Shown: positions 12,812-25,312, counted from the first letter of the whole stretch. The stretch: 62,857 nucleotides of DNA, filler included, from Collodictyon triciliatum (GCA_043381765.1; 20 parts of 20 records of this genome joined end to end with filler, not necessarily neighbours in it); one strand, 5' to 3'. Notes: generated by a model from the sequence alone, not told the origin. A program made the numbers and translations.

Positions 12812-15356
12812 GCCAGTCTACTTGGAGCTCTCTGACAGAGCAGATATCAGCATTTCGACTTTTGGATGGCTTTTTACATCAAGGTCGATAGCTTATCTGA
12901 CTGGATCTGTTGCAGCTGGTCCACTTTATGATAAATATACAGGTATGACATTATCTCTTGATCATATCCGATGGCTGAAAAAAGCAAAGGATCCTCTTGA
13001 TCACCAAAACACACTTAGGAAACACATTGATCTTCTGGTCTTTGATATTTATGGCGGTCGGGAATGCAATAATTCCTATAGCAAGGAGCTTCCTTGTGTT
13101 GATGGCAGGTGTCGTTTTAGAGGTAAACGAAAAGTATAACACTCCTATTTTGATATGTATAATTACATTAACATCTTTTGATTTCGCCTGCTCTTCATGA
13201 TTTTGTCTGATTCTTGCGAAGCTAATGACATCTGCTTCTTTTTTCCCCAGAGTATTGCCACAGGGTTTCTTGATACTGGAGGAAATGTCTTGCTGATTCG
13301 TGTTCACGGTGTGTAAATCAGTTCGTTTATGTGATCTCTGGAATACATGTATACTAACTCTCTTTTTTGGATAGTTTTATCATTTTATTGAAGATTTAAT
13401 TTATTTACGAAATAATAAAATAGAGGGACAGAGCGGCTCGTTTATGCACATTCTTCACTTATGCTTTGGAATAGGAGCATTAGTAGCGCCACTCTTTATT
13501 CGTGCGTCGATGGCTGAAGCAGATGTTAATTTAATTATTTTTAAAATACATATTCATTAAATCTCCATCACTTACATAGTTAGCATTCATACATAGATAT
13601 ATTGCTGTGATTCACTCATAATGCATATGTGCATATCATAATAAATGAATCTCGTCCTTGCTACCTACAACATTAGGGGGCATTTGATTGGTCATTTTAT
13701 GGAATATCCTTATTTAGTGTCGCTACTGCGTTTGTTCTTCTGAAGCTTCCGTCTCCAGAGCTACCCAAACCACAAAATGGGCAGCATTCAGAGGAAGCTC
13801 AGGCAGAGGTTTGATATTGGCTCCCTTTCAATTTGGACAAATTTTCATTTATATCAATAATCCATTATTGAATCGAATAAAGGAAAAAAAAGTATCAATA
13901 ATCCATTATTCAGGTATTCGTGAATACTTTTTTTTTAAATGTTTAACCTTTTAGGGAATATTTGGCTTACCTAGACTAGTTCTTACTTTATGCTTGAACT
14001 CTTCGGCTCTCTTATTTGTGGTACGTTGCATTTTTTCAACGCTAAACTTAACAGATTACCTAGCTGTCGTGTTGTTGTGGTATCTAATGCTCTCGTTATT
14101 GATTAAAATTAACTCACATCTTACAGTACGTTGGATTTGAAGTGAGTTATGGTGCTTTCCTTCTTGCATATGGAGTTGAGAGTGTTGGGATTAGTGAGGC
14201 AGAAGGACAATACATGACATCTCTTTATTGGGGTATGTTCTCTACTATTCTCGAGATTTTTTATGTAGTACTGGTGAATCGGTCCACGAGGCGATTAATT
14301 TTGTCAGTGAGTAAACAAACACTTTACATTAAATTAGGTGCTCTCTCATTTGGACGATTTATGGCTATTTTCATAGCTATGAGGGTGACACCGAAACGTA
14401 TGCTCATAGCTGACTTTATTGGTTGTACGTTGGGCGGAATCATCATTTGGGCATTTAAAAGTTCTGAAGCATCTCTATGGGTGGGAAGGTGATATTTTCA
14501 AATCATCCATTAATTTTCTGGTATATCTTGAATAATAATGTTCTCATATTCTATTTCTCTTGTATAATTATCAGTTCATAATGAAGAGAGAGAGAGAAAA
14601 TGGAGAATTTTCATATGTGTCTCGACCCATGAACGATTTTAATAGTTTGGAAATAAACATCGTGATTAATTGTATTTCATTTGACCCATCAGCTTTATAG
14701 TTGGCACGTCTATGGGCTCTATTTTCCCTTCTACCATAAGTTTAGGAGAAACCTATGTCACCGTAACCATTCTCTTCTCTATCTTATTGATGATGAAATA
14801 CATCGGTCTTATTGCTCTTCAGTCCCTTCTTTCCATTTTTTGTGTCTGAATTATTGAGAGGGCGTAATTATTTCCAACGCGAAAATAACACATATGCGAT
14901 GAGTTGTTTACTTGCTATTCATCGCTGTTGTTTGTTATGGGTTTATAAGTGTTCTTTTTTCTTTTCCTTTTAATTTTTTCAGGTGTCTGGTCGCATAGCT
15001 AGTTTCTTTGTAATTGGCGCAGCCTTTGGAGAAACATTCATCCCGATGATGCTCGGCCAACTACTAGGAAATGTCTCATACAATGCGTTCCCCATCATAA
15101 CAGTTAGTATCTCTGATACATTTATCACATATCGCTGTATTTTTTGTGTTTGTGGAGCTTGTTCCGCAAGAATAGGTCTTAACTAAACCCGCTCATCACT
15201 GGGGTACAGACAATATCACCAATTGCGATGGCAATGACACTCGCGTCTCTCGTAAGGGCCGCCTCCAACCTGGAAGCATCGACCCACAAGAAGCTGAATG
15301 AAGTAGAGTTGACCCCACAAGCTTCATTCGCTGGGGACGACAATGCCGAAGTTTAG
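12812..15356 (+). CDS. Major facilitator superfamily transporter (MFSD4/NAGLT1/fucose-permease-like), multi-exon, 5' partial
   Basis: Exons encode FGWLFTSRSIAYLTGS, GFLDTGGNVLLIRVHG, FMHILHLCFGIGALVAPLF, YVGFEVSYGAFL, TSLYWGALSFGRFMAI, MGSIFPS and GAAFGETFIP. Stop TAG at 15354-15356. Confidence 0.9.
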
Positions 15357-15857
15357 CCAATTAAAAGAAATCACCCACAATCCCTCTTTTTCGCCTCGCC
15401 TTGTGCATGACTAGATTGCAGGGAAGTTTTCCCTCCCAGTGCGGTCTAGTGTCGTGTGCCATTCCCTCAACTCCTTCACTCTTCAGCAGAATGTTGGCTC
15501 CTTGGAAAAAATAGGGAGCACAAAGGCAAACACTCAAGTGCCACTATGCCTTTCTTTTTTCTTTCTTTTTTCTTTTTTCTTTTTTCTTTTTTCTTTTTTC
15601 TTTTTTCTTTTTTCTTTTTTCTTTTTTCTTTTTTCTTTTTTCTTTTTTCTTTTTTCTTTTTTCTTTTNNNNNNNNNNNNNNNNNNNNNNNNNNNNNNNNN
15701 NNNNNNNNNNNTTAATTAATTAANNNNNNNNNNNNNNNNNNNNNNNNNNNNNNNNNNNNNNNNNNNNGCTTGGAAGAAGATATAATTCAGAGACAGAAAG
15801 ATGTAAGGTTTATAACCCAATGCAAATTAGACGACTTCAACAATAAGGGTATGTAAG

Positions 15858-15919
<62 letters not shown>

Positions 15920-15936
15920 ATGAAAGTTATTTGACT

Positions 15937-16667
15937 AACAAGATTCTCGCTCAAGTCAACGGCTGTGAGAGGGAGCTTCGTAATTGACGGGTGAACTTTC
16001 GTCATGGCGCATTTTGACAAGTTGAGAAATCCAGGAGAAATAAACCGACTCATGATGAATGACTCTTCTGCTCCCAGTTCGTATTGAATGTTGAAATCGA
16101 GGAGATTCCGAAAGTTAGAAATATCCGGGATTTTACCAATCTAGGACGAGTTCAATTTTTGGCATTTAACAACACAAGACACTTATTTGCAAGTGGAGCT
16201 AATGTAGGAATGAGGTAAAGCATTGTGTATCTGAAAAGGATAAATTCATTGAAACCATTAACGTGCGAATGTGGTTCATTAAAATAGTATATTTCATATA
16301 AGGATCGGATATTATTTCTTTTTTAGCAGATGAAGGAGAGAGTTAAGTATAAAAATGGGTCCGTCAAGAGCTTGTGTTATGTTTTGAATTATGTGTATGA
16401 TTACAGTTGTTTTTCCAATACGCAAACATCTTAAGAAAGTCATTTGGTACAAGGATTGCGGAATAGAGTGATTCTATTGCAAAACATGTGGTGTCAGACG
16501 CTTTGAATTCTTGCACGTCTCCATGGCATTCTCCATGATAAATTGAATATTTGAATATGCTGATGTAAGTATGAGCTTAAGTTCCTCAAAATATACCAAA
16601 TTATCTCTGAAATCTAAGAAGGACAATCCAACAAGGCTTGAAATGGACTCTGGGATAAGCTGTATCT

Positions 16668-16743
<76 letters not shown>

Positions 16744-18626
16744 TATTCTCAGTTCGGCATTAGTTAAGTGGGAAGAACTTTAGATTTCTCAGAAGTAAGA
16801 ACAATATCATCGAAGGAGAGTTGTTTATCGATGACTGTATAAGTTGGATATATATGTTTGAATTGTATTGGGACAGAAATTAAATTTAAGAATATGATAA
16901 CACAAAAAAAAAAAAGTCAAGCTTGATATCCTGAAACAACTGTACAAAGTGTCGGAATTCGGTGCATTAATTTCATCATCGATATATATTAATATTAATA
17001 CATAGATGATGACAATCAAGTGAGAAAATGAATCTGAGAAAACCTGACAACGAGCCAGATTTAAGTTATTTAAGTTGGTCAAGGACTCCAAGATGGCTGG
17101 AAACGATGATATCTGTGAAGCATACATAGAAATGAGCATATTGGATGATTCGGTCAATATGAGGCTGTAACTAACAGAGGGAAATTTTTCGCAGGGGTAT
17201 CTAAAAATAAATTAACGCACTTTGTTATTGCACAGATTCAAATATTGTATCTTTTGCAGTCTTTTAAATGACTTTGGAAGAGATGATATCTAAGTGAACA
17301 AGATGTTTTGATTATGCATTATATCCAAAATGATAGGGTAATATCGATTACGATAAAAGAATTCAAAAAAAAACCTCGTTTTTTTCAAAATCGACATGGA
17401 CTAACTTCATTAGACGAGCAAAATATTCTGGGACATCAGCTACCTACGTTGATTAGTAATAATAGATATGGTTATAAACAAAAATCAAGCGACGAATGAA
17501 TTGGCATGTAGAGACCCAAATATAAATAAGAAAACTCCTTTCCGACAGGATTTACAGAGATATTTCATAAACAAACTTTATTTCCATAAATCAAAAATGT
17601 CGAAAGATTCTTCATATGCGTAATATCCTCTGGGATTGTTGATATCTAGAAGACCATGAAATCAAGAAACTCAATATTATGGACAAATGTATGATTCTTT
17701 GTTGGAGTATCGATGAATTCCAGAATTCAGTTAAAAAAAGAAAGGTAAAATAAAAACCTTGTTTATACCCAAATCGAAATAATTAAGATTTTTCAGTCCA
17801 GACACTTCTTGGGGAATGTAAGAGAGCTATGCATAGAGAGTATTATTAAATGTATGAGTTTGATAACATGTTTTAGGAGTAATATAGGGCCTTTAAAAAA
17901 AATGGTAGTACACAGAACCATGAATACGTAAATGCAAAGATTGCTTACATTATTTCGCATGGCGTTAAGATACGTGAGACCAGACAAATTTGATAGATGA
18001 CTTGGTAATGATGTAAGCTGTTGATTTACAAAATTGAAAACAAGAATAAGGGGCCACGCGATATGAAAGTACATGGTATTCATAGTCAATTTAAAAAAAT
18101 CATCATATTTCAAGCTACAAAAAAAAATTCCATATTATTTCACTTTGTAACATCATTTTCTCTCCTATTTATAAATAAGTTCGATATTAGTGAATATGTT
18201 AGATCTATTGGCCCACCGACTGAATTTTCCGGGATGCTCAAGATTCTCAAATTAGTGAATGAACCAACTATTGCTGGAATGGACAGTAACTGGATAATGA
18301 ATTAATATGAGAAGAGAAAAAAAAAGAGGGGTATGTTGATGTGTGCCGAGTAATCGTAGAAAGATGAAAAATACATATAAAGTAATTTCCTTTTGGACAT
18401 AAGGTATACCTTAGTGTCTTTAATTTGAAAGCATTCGATATGTTTGGAATATTCAGGGGCAGATTGCAAAAATTGTCTGACAGATTTCATTTGAGGGACA
18501 GAATCGAGGCATATGGATGATTTTGGGATGCGAAAAAGTGACCAGAATATATGAGCTTGTGGGTGGAGAGGGTTCCCCTCCAATTGGACAGTGTGTAAAG
18601 ATGTCATTTGGAAAATATTTGGCATG
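15937..18626 (-). CDS. Leucine-rich repeat protein, multi-exon, partial
   Basis: Many short exons each carry an LxxLxxLxLxxN repeat (LESLTNLNNLNLARCQ, LSNLSGLTYLNAMRNN, LVGLSFLDFRDN, MTSLHTVQLEGNPL, LTAVDLSEN). Confidence 0.85.
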
Positions 18627-18681
18627 ACAGATATCTATATTCATGTAATGTGATTAATCAATTTTATTGTTATTGTTATTA

Positions 18682-18819
18682 TTATTATTGGTATTATTGG
18701 TATTATTGGTATTATTGGTATTATTGGTATTATTGGTATTATTGGTATTATTGGTATTATTGGTATTATTGGTATTATTGGTATTATTGGTATTATTGGT
18801 ATTATTGGTATTATTGGTA
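18682..18819 (+). repeat. (TATTGGTAT)n 9-mer tandem repeat
   Basis: Direct tandem array that grows out of a (TAT)n tract, at the contig end. Confidence 0.93.
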
Positions 18820-19724
18820 NNNNNNNNNNNNNNNNNNNNNNNNNNNNNNNNNNNNNNNNNNNNTTAATTAATTAANNNNNNNNNNNNNNNNNNNNNNNNN
18901 NNNNNNNNNNNNNNNNNNNTTCTTTTTCTTTTTCTTTTTCTTTTTCTTTTTCTTTTTCTTTTTCTTTTTCTTTTTCTTTTTCTTTTTCTTTTTCTTTTTC
19001 TTTTTCTTTTTCTTCGGTCTCATTCGGCCTGTAAACGGATATACTTCATTACAAAGGTTTTGACAAACTCGATTTTATCCTTTTCATGGCACAACACTTT
19101 CTATACAACGAAAGTAAAGCCATACATACCATTTTATTGCACAGACAGCCATCGAATTAAATCTGGATTGACAAAAGCAGGAGCTTTGATGAATCCAAGA
19201 AACTACCTGAATAATACAATAGTATACTTAGTTTATATATTTAAAAGATTAAAAATACTTAACAATCTCATTCTATTCATATAATCAACTTATACTTTAT
19301 TTTTCATTTATGTAATATTATGGCATTAAAATTCAAAAAAAGTACAAACAAGCCCTTGCCTTTGCCCAGACAGAACCCACCCCATAAACCTGCCACCAAA
19401 CATGCATTCCAAAAAAGCATACTATCCACGCTTGCAGTGGTAATCATGTCGTTTGGGGCCGATACATCGACTTTCAGCCGCAATGGCTATACGGCCGTCC
19501 TTTCGAACTCGCCGAGTCGGCACTTAGTATTTCGTCTCAACTCTCTTATAAAAAAAAAACTTTGTGTGTCTGTTTGCCGCAATGCGCACATTTTGAGGGT
19601 CTTGGTAGATGCTTAATTTTACATTAGTTAATTTTTTTTAATTAAATGACTGTTTGACTAAAGTTTTATTAAAATTGAAAAATCGGCAGTTTTCAAAAGG
19701 AAAAAGTAAAACAAAGACTTTCAC

Positions 19725-21656
19725 ATGAAGAAAAGAAAATGTCTTGAGTTTGAGAGTCTAAAGTCTGTAAACCACACTATCGAAATGTGAAAACATCTCT
19801 CAAGTCGATTGTAAAGAATCTGGATGACTTTTACAAAATCAACGGTACGTTTTATTATTGTCATAATTTGGTTGCCGACACTTATCTGCTTTCAAGATGG
19901 TACATACTGAAATCACAACAACTTCCAACAGTAGATGAAATGTTTTATTTTATTTTATTGTACGCTTTAAAGACAGTCGGAATAGTTTCACAAGAAAGTC
20001 TCACAAGATTAAAAAAAATAAGTATCGACATGATGACTTTTTATCTCAATGATTTTCGATATCTTTTGTCCCAAGAAGAACGCTTTCCGTTGGTTTGACT
20101 GTCTCATGTATTACCGTGCTTGGCGAAGCAAATGCTAACAGCTTATCATAATAACATTAAGGAGCACTTTGTAAAGAGGTTACTGAGCTTTATAAATCAA
20201 ACAGTTCCTAACGATGAGAATATTACGGAAGCTGTTAAAAAGGATAGTTACGAAAGTTAGAAAAAAGCCATCTTCAGGAATCTCGAAATACCAGAACAAT
20301 ATAAAGAATGGACTAAAACGCATTTGAATTATATCATTCCCAGCGATATTGTAAATGGTATCGAATATGACGCCAAAGTCCATCCAAATAAGTACATACC
20401 ATGTCTGATATACATGAATCGCATTTTTGAGGACATTGGAACCAAACTATTTCAATCAATCTCTATAAGAACTAACAATATAACATGTCATATAACTCTA
20501 GATACTGTATGTTTGATAGATATATTAGTATTATCTGGAAAACATTATTAATGAAGAAAATATCAGGATGCAAAGAGACACTATGGGACGAGTTCTTTGA
20601 AATGAAGAAGAGGGTCTTTCATCAAAGAGACTACAATTTTAAATACATGATACAAACAGACGGCTTGGCGGTGTCTTTACTGTTTGAAAAGAAAGGTCTT
20701 TCAAATTCAAAATTCAAATATAATCAAAACCCAAGAGTATGTCGATTTAGATGAACTTCCCGAGGAGCAAGCATCTTTATTAGCGAAAAAAATAGATAGT
20801 TGGAGTGGACGCAGGCAAGTTTAATTTGGTTTACATGGTGGATGAGGTAGGTAAGAAATTGCGTTACACAACACAGCAAAGAATACATGATAGCAAATCT
20901 TTTTTAAATCAAAAAAATCTAGCACGAGAAAAAAAGTACAAGGATTTTAGGGATATACATGGCAACATGTTTACAAAGTGCTGTTTCTTTTAGTCCCATG
21001 TCTTTTGAAGAGAATCAGCAGTTTGAAACATCAAGAGTGTCTTTAATTGTTTTAGAGAGACATGACTGAGTAAACATAATACATGCTCGGTCGATTATGA
21101 TAAATTTCGAAACATGTATCTATGAAATCAAGATACCAGACAAAACTTTCCAGATTTTATGAACAAGTTTTCGAAAGATGAGGTGTAGACAGTATGATAA
21201 TACAAAAAGAAGTGAACAATTGTTTATGGACCGAATCGAAAAGACATTTTAGCAAGGATGTTGTACTTGTGTATGGAAACTGGAGCAGAAAATCCCAGAT
21301 GAACCATTTTATGCCAACAATCGGAAGAGGATTACGAAAAATACTATCCAAACGTTTTGAAATAGTAAGTGTAAATGAATTTAGAACCTCCAAGATGTGT
21401 TGCAACTGCGAAAAAGAACTGGGATATATGAAACTGAAAGGAAACTCAAAAAAAAGTATATAGATGTCTCATATGCAAAGAGTGGAATCGGTCAGAAAGC
21501 AAACAAACTGTATTCTTGACAAGGGACTTTAACAGCGCTAAAAATATACTCAAGAAAGTTTTTTTAACTCTTCAAAATATGCATACACCTTCCTTTAAAA
21601 AAAACTAGGCTGTCGGGTCTTTCCTGGCAGCGTTCACCACTACACGGTCATAGTGA
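19725..21656 (+). pseudogene. Fanzor1-type (TnpB-derived) RNA-guided endonuclease, disrupted by stops and frameshifts
   Basis: Fragments in order: KTSLKSIVK, MIQTDGLAVSLLF, RuvC-I IVGVDAGKFNLVYM, YGNWS..MPTIGRGLRKIL, RuvC-II VNEFRTSKMCCNC, RCLICK and RuvC-III LTRDFNSAKNI. About 640 codons, no introns. Confidence 0.9.
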
Positions 21657-21724
21657 AGAAAGTGGTGAGACCTTAGATACTAGCGCACCAGGTTCACCGA
21701 TCTTTTGGAGGTATGACCTTCTAG
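21610..21724 (+). ncRNA. Putative Fanzor omegaRNA scaffold, copy 1
   Basis: Overlaps the ORF end. Stems GGTC(21616-19)/GACC(21669-72), TCACCACT(21634-41)/AGTGGTGA(21661-68) and ACTAG(21679-83)/CTAGT(21721-25) are all kept in copy 2. The position matches known TnpB/Fanzor omegaRNAs. Boundaries are inferred. Confidence 0.6.
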
Positions 21725-22068
21725 TTTCATCTATGAATATTCCAATTTTTCACCAAGTCATATCGAACCAATTTCTTCCCAAACAACCAAACAAGAAATT
21801 GCGCACGCGACTAATTCCAATATTGCTATGGAATGGTTGAAATCAAAAGAAAAACAAAAAACTAAAAACAAAAAACTAAAAACAAAAAACTAAAAACAAA
21901 AAACTAAAAACAAAAAACAAAAAACAAAAAACAAAAAACAAAAAACAAAAAACAAAAAACAAAAAACANNNNNNNNNNNNNNNNNNNNNNNNNNNNNNNN
22001 NNNNNNNNNNNNTTAATTAATTAANNNNNNNNNNNNNNNNNNNNNNNNNNNNNNNNNNNNNNNNNNNN

Positions 22069-22194
22069 ATAATGATAATGATAATGATAATGATAATGAT
22101 AATGATAATGATAATGATAATGATAATGATAATGATAATGATAATGATAATGATAATGATAATGATAATGATAATGATAATGATAATGATAATG
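22069..22194 (+). repeat. (ATAATG)n microsatellite
   Basis: Direct hexamer array at contig start. Confidence 0.95.
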
Positions 22195-22318
22195 ACAATT
22201 AAAATAATAATAAATCATATTGAGTGTCCGGGAAATGGAATGTTATCTAGGGTTAAGGACACTTCAGCATTGGCTAGATAATAATTTTGGTTTCGTCTCA
22301 TTTTCCTTATGCGCTTAC

Positions 22319-24904
22319 CGCCGGTTTTCCCTGCGAAGATAGTTGTTTATTACGAAGAGCGTCCATGCATCTTCCCAATATAACCAATGAATTATTAATA
22401 TTTGAGGCCTCTTTTAGTCGTGCTCCAGTATTTTGAGTTCGGACAACTCTCTCTGAACCAGCCAAATCCACAATAGAGAATCGTGCACATCGATTCTCGG
22501 ATACTTTAAAGAGCTACGAATGAATTGGTTGGTGAGAAATCATGTCGATGCGTGAGAAAGCTCGTTGTTTGTGATTATTTTGTATAATCGCTCTCGTTTC
22601 TTTCATTTGACCGGGAAATTATTTGTATGTTAATATATACTTATAACTATTTTGAAGTACACCTTTTTTTAAAAAAAAAAAAATTAATGATGGGCATCAA
22701 ACCTTTCCCAATGAATAGAGTTTCAGTGTAAATACACTGTGACTTCTGCTGCTATCATGATTAACCATAGTCTCGGCCCTCTGGCGATTTAACTGCCCTA
22801 TCCGAAGAACCTCCACTGCGTCCTATGAATCGAGAAAAATTAATGTAGATGATTAGTATTATAGATTTATCGACCAGTGGCCTATCATAAATTCACGTAG
22901 ACTCGAATAGGTTTAAAACAAATAATGTGCGATATTAAAAGTGAGATATGCTTCAAATGGGTAACTTAAGTAATGATTTCAAGAGTATGCAGGACATATA
23001 TATACTAGTTAGGGAAAAAAAGGAATATCCGTGAGTGGAAAATGAAAGAAAACCTCGAACGACGCGACACACACTTCCTTCAGATCAGGAATGATACTTC
23101 TCCCATTGTTTTCTCTAATGTTCAAATCCTTCTTCTCCTTACCCGAGTCATTTAGCAAGTCGAAAACTTGCTCGTTATAAATCTCCAAGTAAGATACTGT
23201 AACAACAACGTTGGATTTTGTTTTGCCTTCAAAAAAATGAGAAGAGGAATAGTCAGAGGTGTCATGATTCGAAACATGAAAGAGAGGTAATTGGTACTTC
23301 AAGTTTGTATCATAAACGGATGGTGTGGCATGTTTGTCGTAATAAAAATAAAAAGGGAAGGCCGTATCCTTACGACTGAGGTTTTTGCTTCCTTAATCGT
23401 TTAGTATATTACTAACGTCTCGGGTTATAATGCATTTTTTTTAAGCTAGGGAGAAGTGACAAAAAAAAAAAAAGTGATACTAACCATGGTATGAAGTGAA
23501 TCCGGGCTTATACATGGTTTCGCGAGGCTATAGTTCATTGTGTGAGTCAATATATAACTCGTGCAGTGGTTGTGCACGAAACGTTTTTCAGGAATCAAAA
23601 CAATGATATGAGACTTTCGTTTCCTTCCTTCAAAACTGACTGTCGATGCCAATCATTTAATCTTCATCAAAGAATGTACCGTTGATTTCTGGAGGAAGTC
23701 GGACACAATATTGGTTGGAATGGGGTGTGAGATTGACGGATGCTTCACAGTCATGGGTTTGACGAGAGAAAACAAGTGAGAAACAGCTCGTGGAATTAAC
23801 CCCGGATGCTCTCGACTACCCTGAATTGTAAAAGTTTTTCCTATTCGAATAAACCCAAGTTATACTCAGAGCTTATCACTTATTCATGATTGAATTTGAA
23901 TTCATAATGACGAATATTTATTAATGTAAATACAGAATGTGCGAAAGGCTTCAAGACAAGAAAGTCAGTATCATATACGTATCGAGGGAATTAATTTATG
24001 AAAGAAGATGGGAGAGATATAATAAGACATAATAAGGAACTGACCAGCATTCGTAACTCCGTAAGTAAAGATAAGTCCGTTTTGACCATTTACTAGTCCC
24101 TGTTCGTGAGTATGAAACATAGCGATGACAGAGACGGAGATTGAAATGATGTTAAGATTATTATCATTTATTCAATAGAGTTAACCAGGTGCCGTTAAGA
24201 ACAAGTAGGGATGAGAAATATGAAGCGTATGTTAGGTACTGGGACATTCTGGAGAATGTCGACAAGACCATGTCATACTGTTACAATAATCTCCATACTT
24301 CATAGCTCAACTGCAGTGAAACAAGAAACGACGAGAATTCGAAAAATGAATAAAAGAAGTTAAAAGCTTAGTGTACCTCTGTGAGCGGTGCTGATGTATC
24401 AGTATACACATCTTCCTGGGAACTTTCGGCCGAAAAAACACGAGTAAACATGAAACGACCCTCAGTTTCTCCTTTAATCTTTGCTGTGTGAGAATCCTGC
24501 ATTGATGAAGAATTATGAGGGTAGGACCGATTCTATGCCGCGGATAGACGCAGAGTTGACTGGACATTATATGGCCCTAGTCGGGCCAACGAAATAAACA
24601 AATAAAATAACAATAAAAGAAGCAGGACATGTGAATGAGGTTAAAGAATAAAGAATATTCTGCATAGATAGTTTGGTCAGCTATAATCATTTTTGTCTGA
24701 TTAAAATACGAAAAAAAAATGTGTTCATGTGTTTTCGTTTGTGACGGGGTAAATCTTTTTTTTTATGATTCTCGCGGCTATATTGAGTCGGAAACATACT
24801 TTGGGAGCGTGAATCGCTACCGAGTTTGAACCAAGAGTTCGCATGCAATTTGTTTCACTGCGAAGTAACTCACCTCCAGTCAACGGGCGAAGGCGAAGGT
24901 ATAC
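22319..24904 (-). CDS. Kinesin motor domain, kinesin-6 (KIF20/KIF23)-like, multi-exon, partial
   Basis: Exons encode VYLRLRPL, P-loop FTYGVTNA-GKTFTIQG, VTVSYLEIYNEQVFDLL, switch I NHDSSRSHSVFT and switch II VDLAGSERV. YGVTN-x-GKT is typical of kinesin-6. Confidence 0.88.
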
Positions 24905-25016
24905 CTGTTATGAGCGATGATAGTATATTTCGGTTACAACTCTAAGTAGGCAGCACGTCAGGCAAAAAAATGAAAAAACTGACCAACACGTGTTGTAGAC
25001 TTTCAAAATACAAAAG

Positions 25017-25117
<101 letters not shown>

Positions 25118-25217
25118 NNNNNNNNNNNNNNNNNNNNNNNNNNNNNNNNNNNNNNNNNNNNTTAATTAATTAANNNNNNNNNNNNNNNNNNNNNNNNNNN
25201 NNNNNNNNNNNNNNNNN

Positions 25218-25312
<95 letters not shown>

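Larger units (their letters stand above)
19011..21724 (+). mobile_element. Fanzor-carrying transposable element, copy 1 (left end not visible, lost in a microsatellite/contig break)
   Basis: Collinear similarity with the reverse complement of 41105-43827 runs from the (TCTTTT)n tract to a shared terminal CTAG. The flanks beyond CTAGT are unrelated between copies. Confidence 0.8.

Noticed and set aside
19486-19535. Resemblance to pieces of 5S rRNA (TACGGCC..GAAC.CGCC.GA..TTAGTA) and a B-box-like GTTCGAA
   Set aside because: Short and gapped, with no 5S or tRNA fold, and the TTAGTA part is not kept in copy 2.
19020-19600. In-frame TAA/TAG in the antisense frame of the upstream module as a sign of a ciliate-type genetic code
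   Set aside because: Host genes end at TAA/TAG (NHL, MFS) and their exons lack internal TAR codons, so the standard code fits.
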